A stretch of DNA of 64,000 nt from Candidatus Saccharimonadota bacterium (GTDB taxonomy: Bacteria > Patescibacteriota > Saccharimonadia > Saccharimonadales > AWTP1-31), in the NCBI GenBank assembly GCA_052034955.1, contig JBPOHZ010000003.1, positions 64,659-128,658 of the forward strand, written 5' to 3'. Shown in pieces: positions 62,963 through 64,000 of the stretch. Positions within the stretch are counted from its first letter, which is position 1. Each line of letters begins with the position of its first letter. The translations under genes were made by a program, and so were the position numbers. The notes beneath the pieces are model-generated. The model was given only the letters and a program-made list of their open reading frames with translations, was not told where the DNA came from and did not search any database.

Positions 62963-64000
62963 CATCCTAAACCTAACAAAGACAAACAAACTAATCCTAG
63001 CCACTTTTGCCTTCTTGGCTGTACTAGCTTTTGGAGGTGGAAGTGCGCATGCTGCAACCCTCAACGTAGCCGGTGGATGTACGTTGCCAATTGCTATCGA
63101 TTCCGTAAACGCTGGCAGCAACCAGACTGGTTGTACGGCAACTGGTGGTTATGGCACTAATGACACGATCACTATTCCGGCCGGAACGCAGACGCTTACG
63201 GCAGATTTACCGCAACTCACCGAATCAGCATCTATTGTTGGCAGTGGAACGGGCATTACTATAGTGAACGGTGGTGCTGGGCAATACCACGGCTTCCAAG
63301 TCTGTGGGAATATTAGTGTGAATATTCAAGACTTAACCGTTACTGCATTCAAGAGATACGCCATTGATTCATGCGTTGACGACTTAACTCTAACCCGGAT
63401 AGATGTTGATGGCCAGAATGTAACAGCAGAGTCGGGGCTAGTATTCTCTGTATATGTACGTGATTCGGGTTCAGATAATACAGTTTCGGTATCAAACGTG
63501 AGGATTCACGATATCGATATCAGCGCAGACGTTGTTAATTTATTGTACATAGATCAAGAATCGGGGAATACTACAGCAGCGGATATAAACAATGTAACAG
63601 TAGATCATATAACTAATCACCAAGCAGACTCTGTAATAACTGGGTTTTTGATAGGTACTGGCGGTGACTTTTCTGGCGGCGGTGGAACTATGAATGCTAC
63701 GGCAACTAACGTAACCGTAGATAGTCTAATCTCGGACGTTGGCAATGCCAATGCCTTCGGAGGTGCGGCATTTGTGCTTGGAAGTGTCGACGCAACATCC
63801 AACGTTATTATTCGTAACGCAACAGTTACGGGACTTCGGGGAGGGCTCGGCCCACTTGGTAACGGAAGTGCTGCATTCTTCTCCGCCGGTGCATCGACAG
63901 GTGGTGCTACTAGCCTATCTAAGGTTGAAGTTAGTAATAGTTTGTTCGCAAATAACCAAAGTCAAGGCGTTGCCAATAATTGTACCAGTGGTGATTTCAG
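62955..64000 (+). CDS. Secreted right-handed beta-helix-like repeat protein (partial, runs off the window end)
   Basis: Not in the ORF track because no stop is reached. Signal peptide LILATFAFLAVLAFGGGSAHA, followed by Gly/Asn/Thr/Val-rich repeats. The frame stays open to 64000. Confidence 0.75.
   Translation, partial: MLNILNLTKTNKLILATFAFLAVLAFGGGSAHAATLNVAGGCTLPIAIDSVNAGSNQTGCTATGGYGTNDTITIPAGTQTLTADLPQLTESASIVGSGTGITIVNGGAGQYHGFQVCGNISVNIQDLTVTAFKRYAIDSCVDDLTLTRIDVDGQNVTAESGLVFSVYVRDSGSDNTVSVSNVRIHDIDISADVVNLLYIDQESGNTTAADINNVTVDHITNHQADSVITGFLIGTGGDFSGGGGTMNATATNVTVDSLISDVGNANAFGGAAFVLGSVDATSNVIIRNATVTGLRGGLGPLGNGSAAFFSAGASTGGATSLSKVEVSNSLFANNQSQGVANNCTSGDF

Larger units (their letters stand above)
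59938..64000. mobile_element. Integrative element at the tRNA-Glu 3' end (left junction in or next to the tRNA; right end beyond the window)
   Basis: The serine recombinase abuts and overlaps the tRNA. The element also carries a small ORF, a palindromic operator, a replication-relaxation-like gene and a surface-protein cargo gene. Confidence 0.6.

Overview
This 64-kb window is chromosomal and roughly 90 percent coding. It appears to come from a small-genome, monoderm-type bacterium. My inference is a Candidate Phyla Radiation / Saccharibacteria-like organism, based on ComEC, a type IV pilin, a sortase, a truncated TsaB and many orphan genes; I cannot verify this here. Recognisable genes: comEC, a YebC-family regulator, ruvC/ruvA/ruvB (separated by antisense orphan genes), a pilin plus a PilB-like protein with degenerate catalytic motifs, recA-(two genes)-recX, tsaE/tsaB, RNase Y, two CYTH proteins, a P1B-type ATPase, PadR and Crp/Fnr regulators, folD, the post-chorismate Phe/Tyr branch plus tyrS, murD with a PP-loop partner, speH/speE, three receiver-only response regulators, one multi-TM GAF histidine kinase, a SET-domain protein, and a sortase with two putative substrates. 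There are six dispersed tRNA genes (Lys-TTT, Pro-TGG, His-GTG, Arg-TCT, Gly-TCC, Glu-TTC), all with an encoded CCA. I found no rRNA and no CRISPR. The most notable observations are: (1) a five-gene operon at 36987-40374 (65-aa hydrophobic peptide, HExxH membrane protease-like protein, ABC ATPase, large unclassified permease, small membrane protein) behind a promoter overlapped by nested palindromes; this is a candidate peptide production/export/immunity locus. (2) A large-serine-recombinase element inserted at the 3' end of tRNA-Glu (59938 to beyond the window end). Its cargo gene for a beta-helix surface protein is preceded by a G9 tract placed to give phase variation. (3) A pilin-linked PilB homologue that has lost every ATPase motif. 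(4) Sortase substrates with non-canonical xxDTG sorting signals. Family calls come from reading motifs by eye; no database search was possible.
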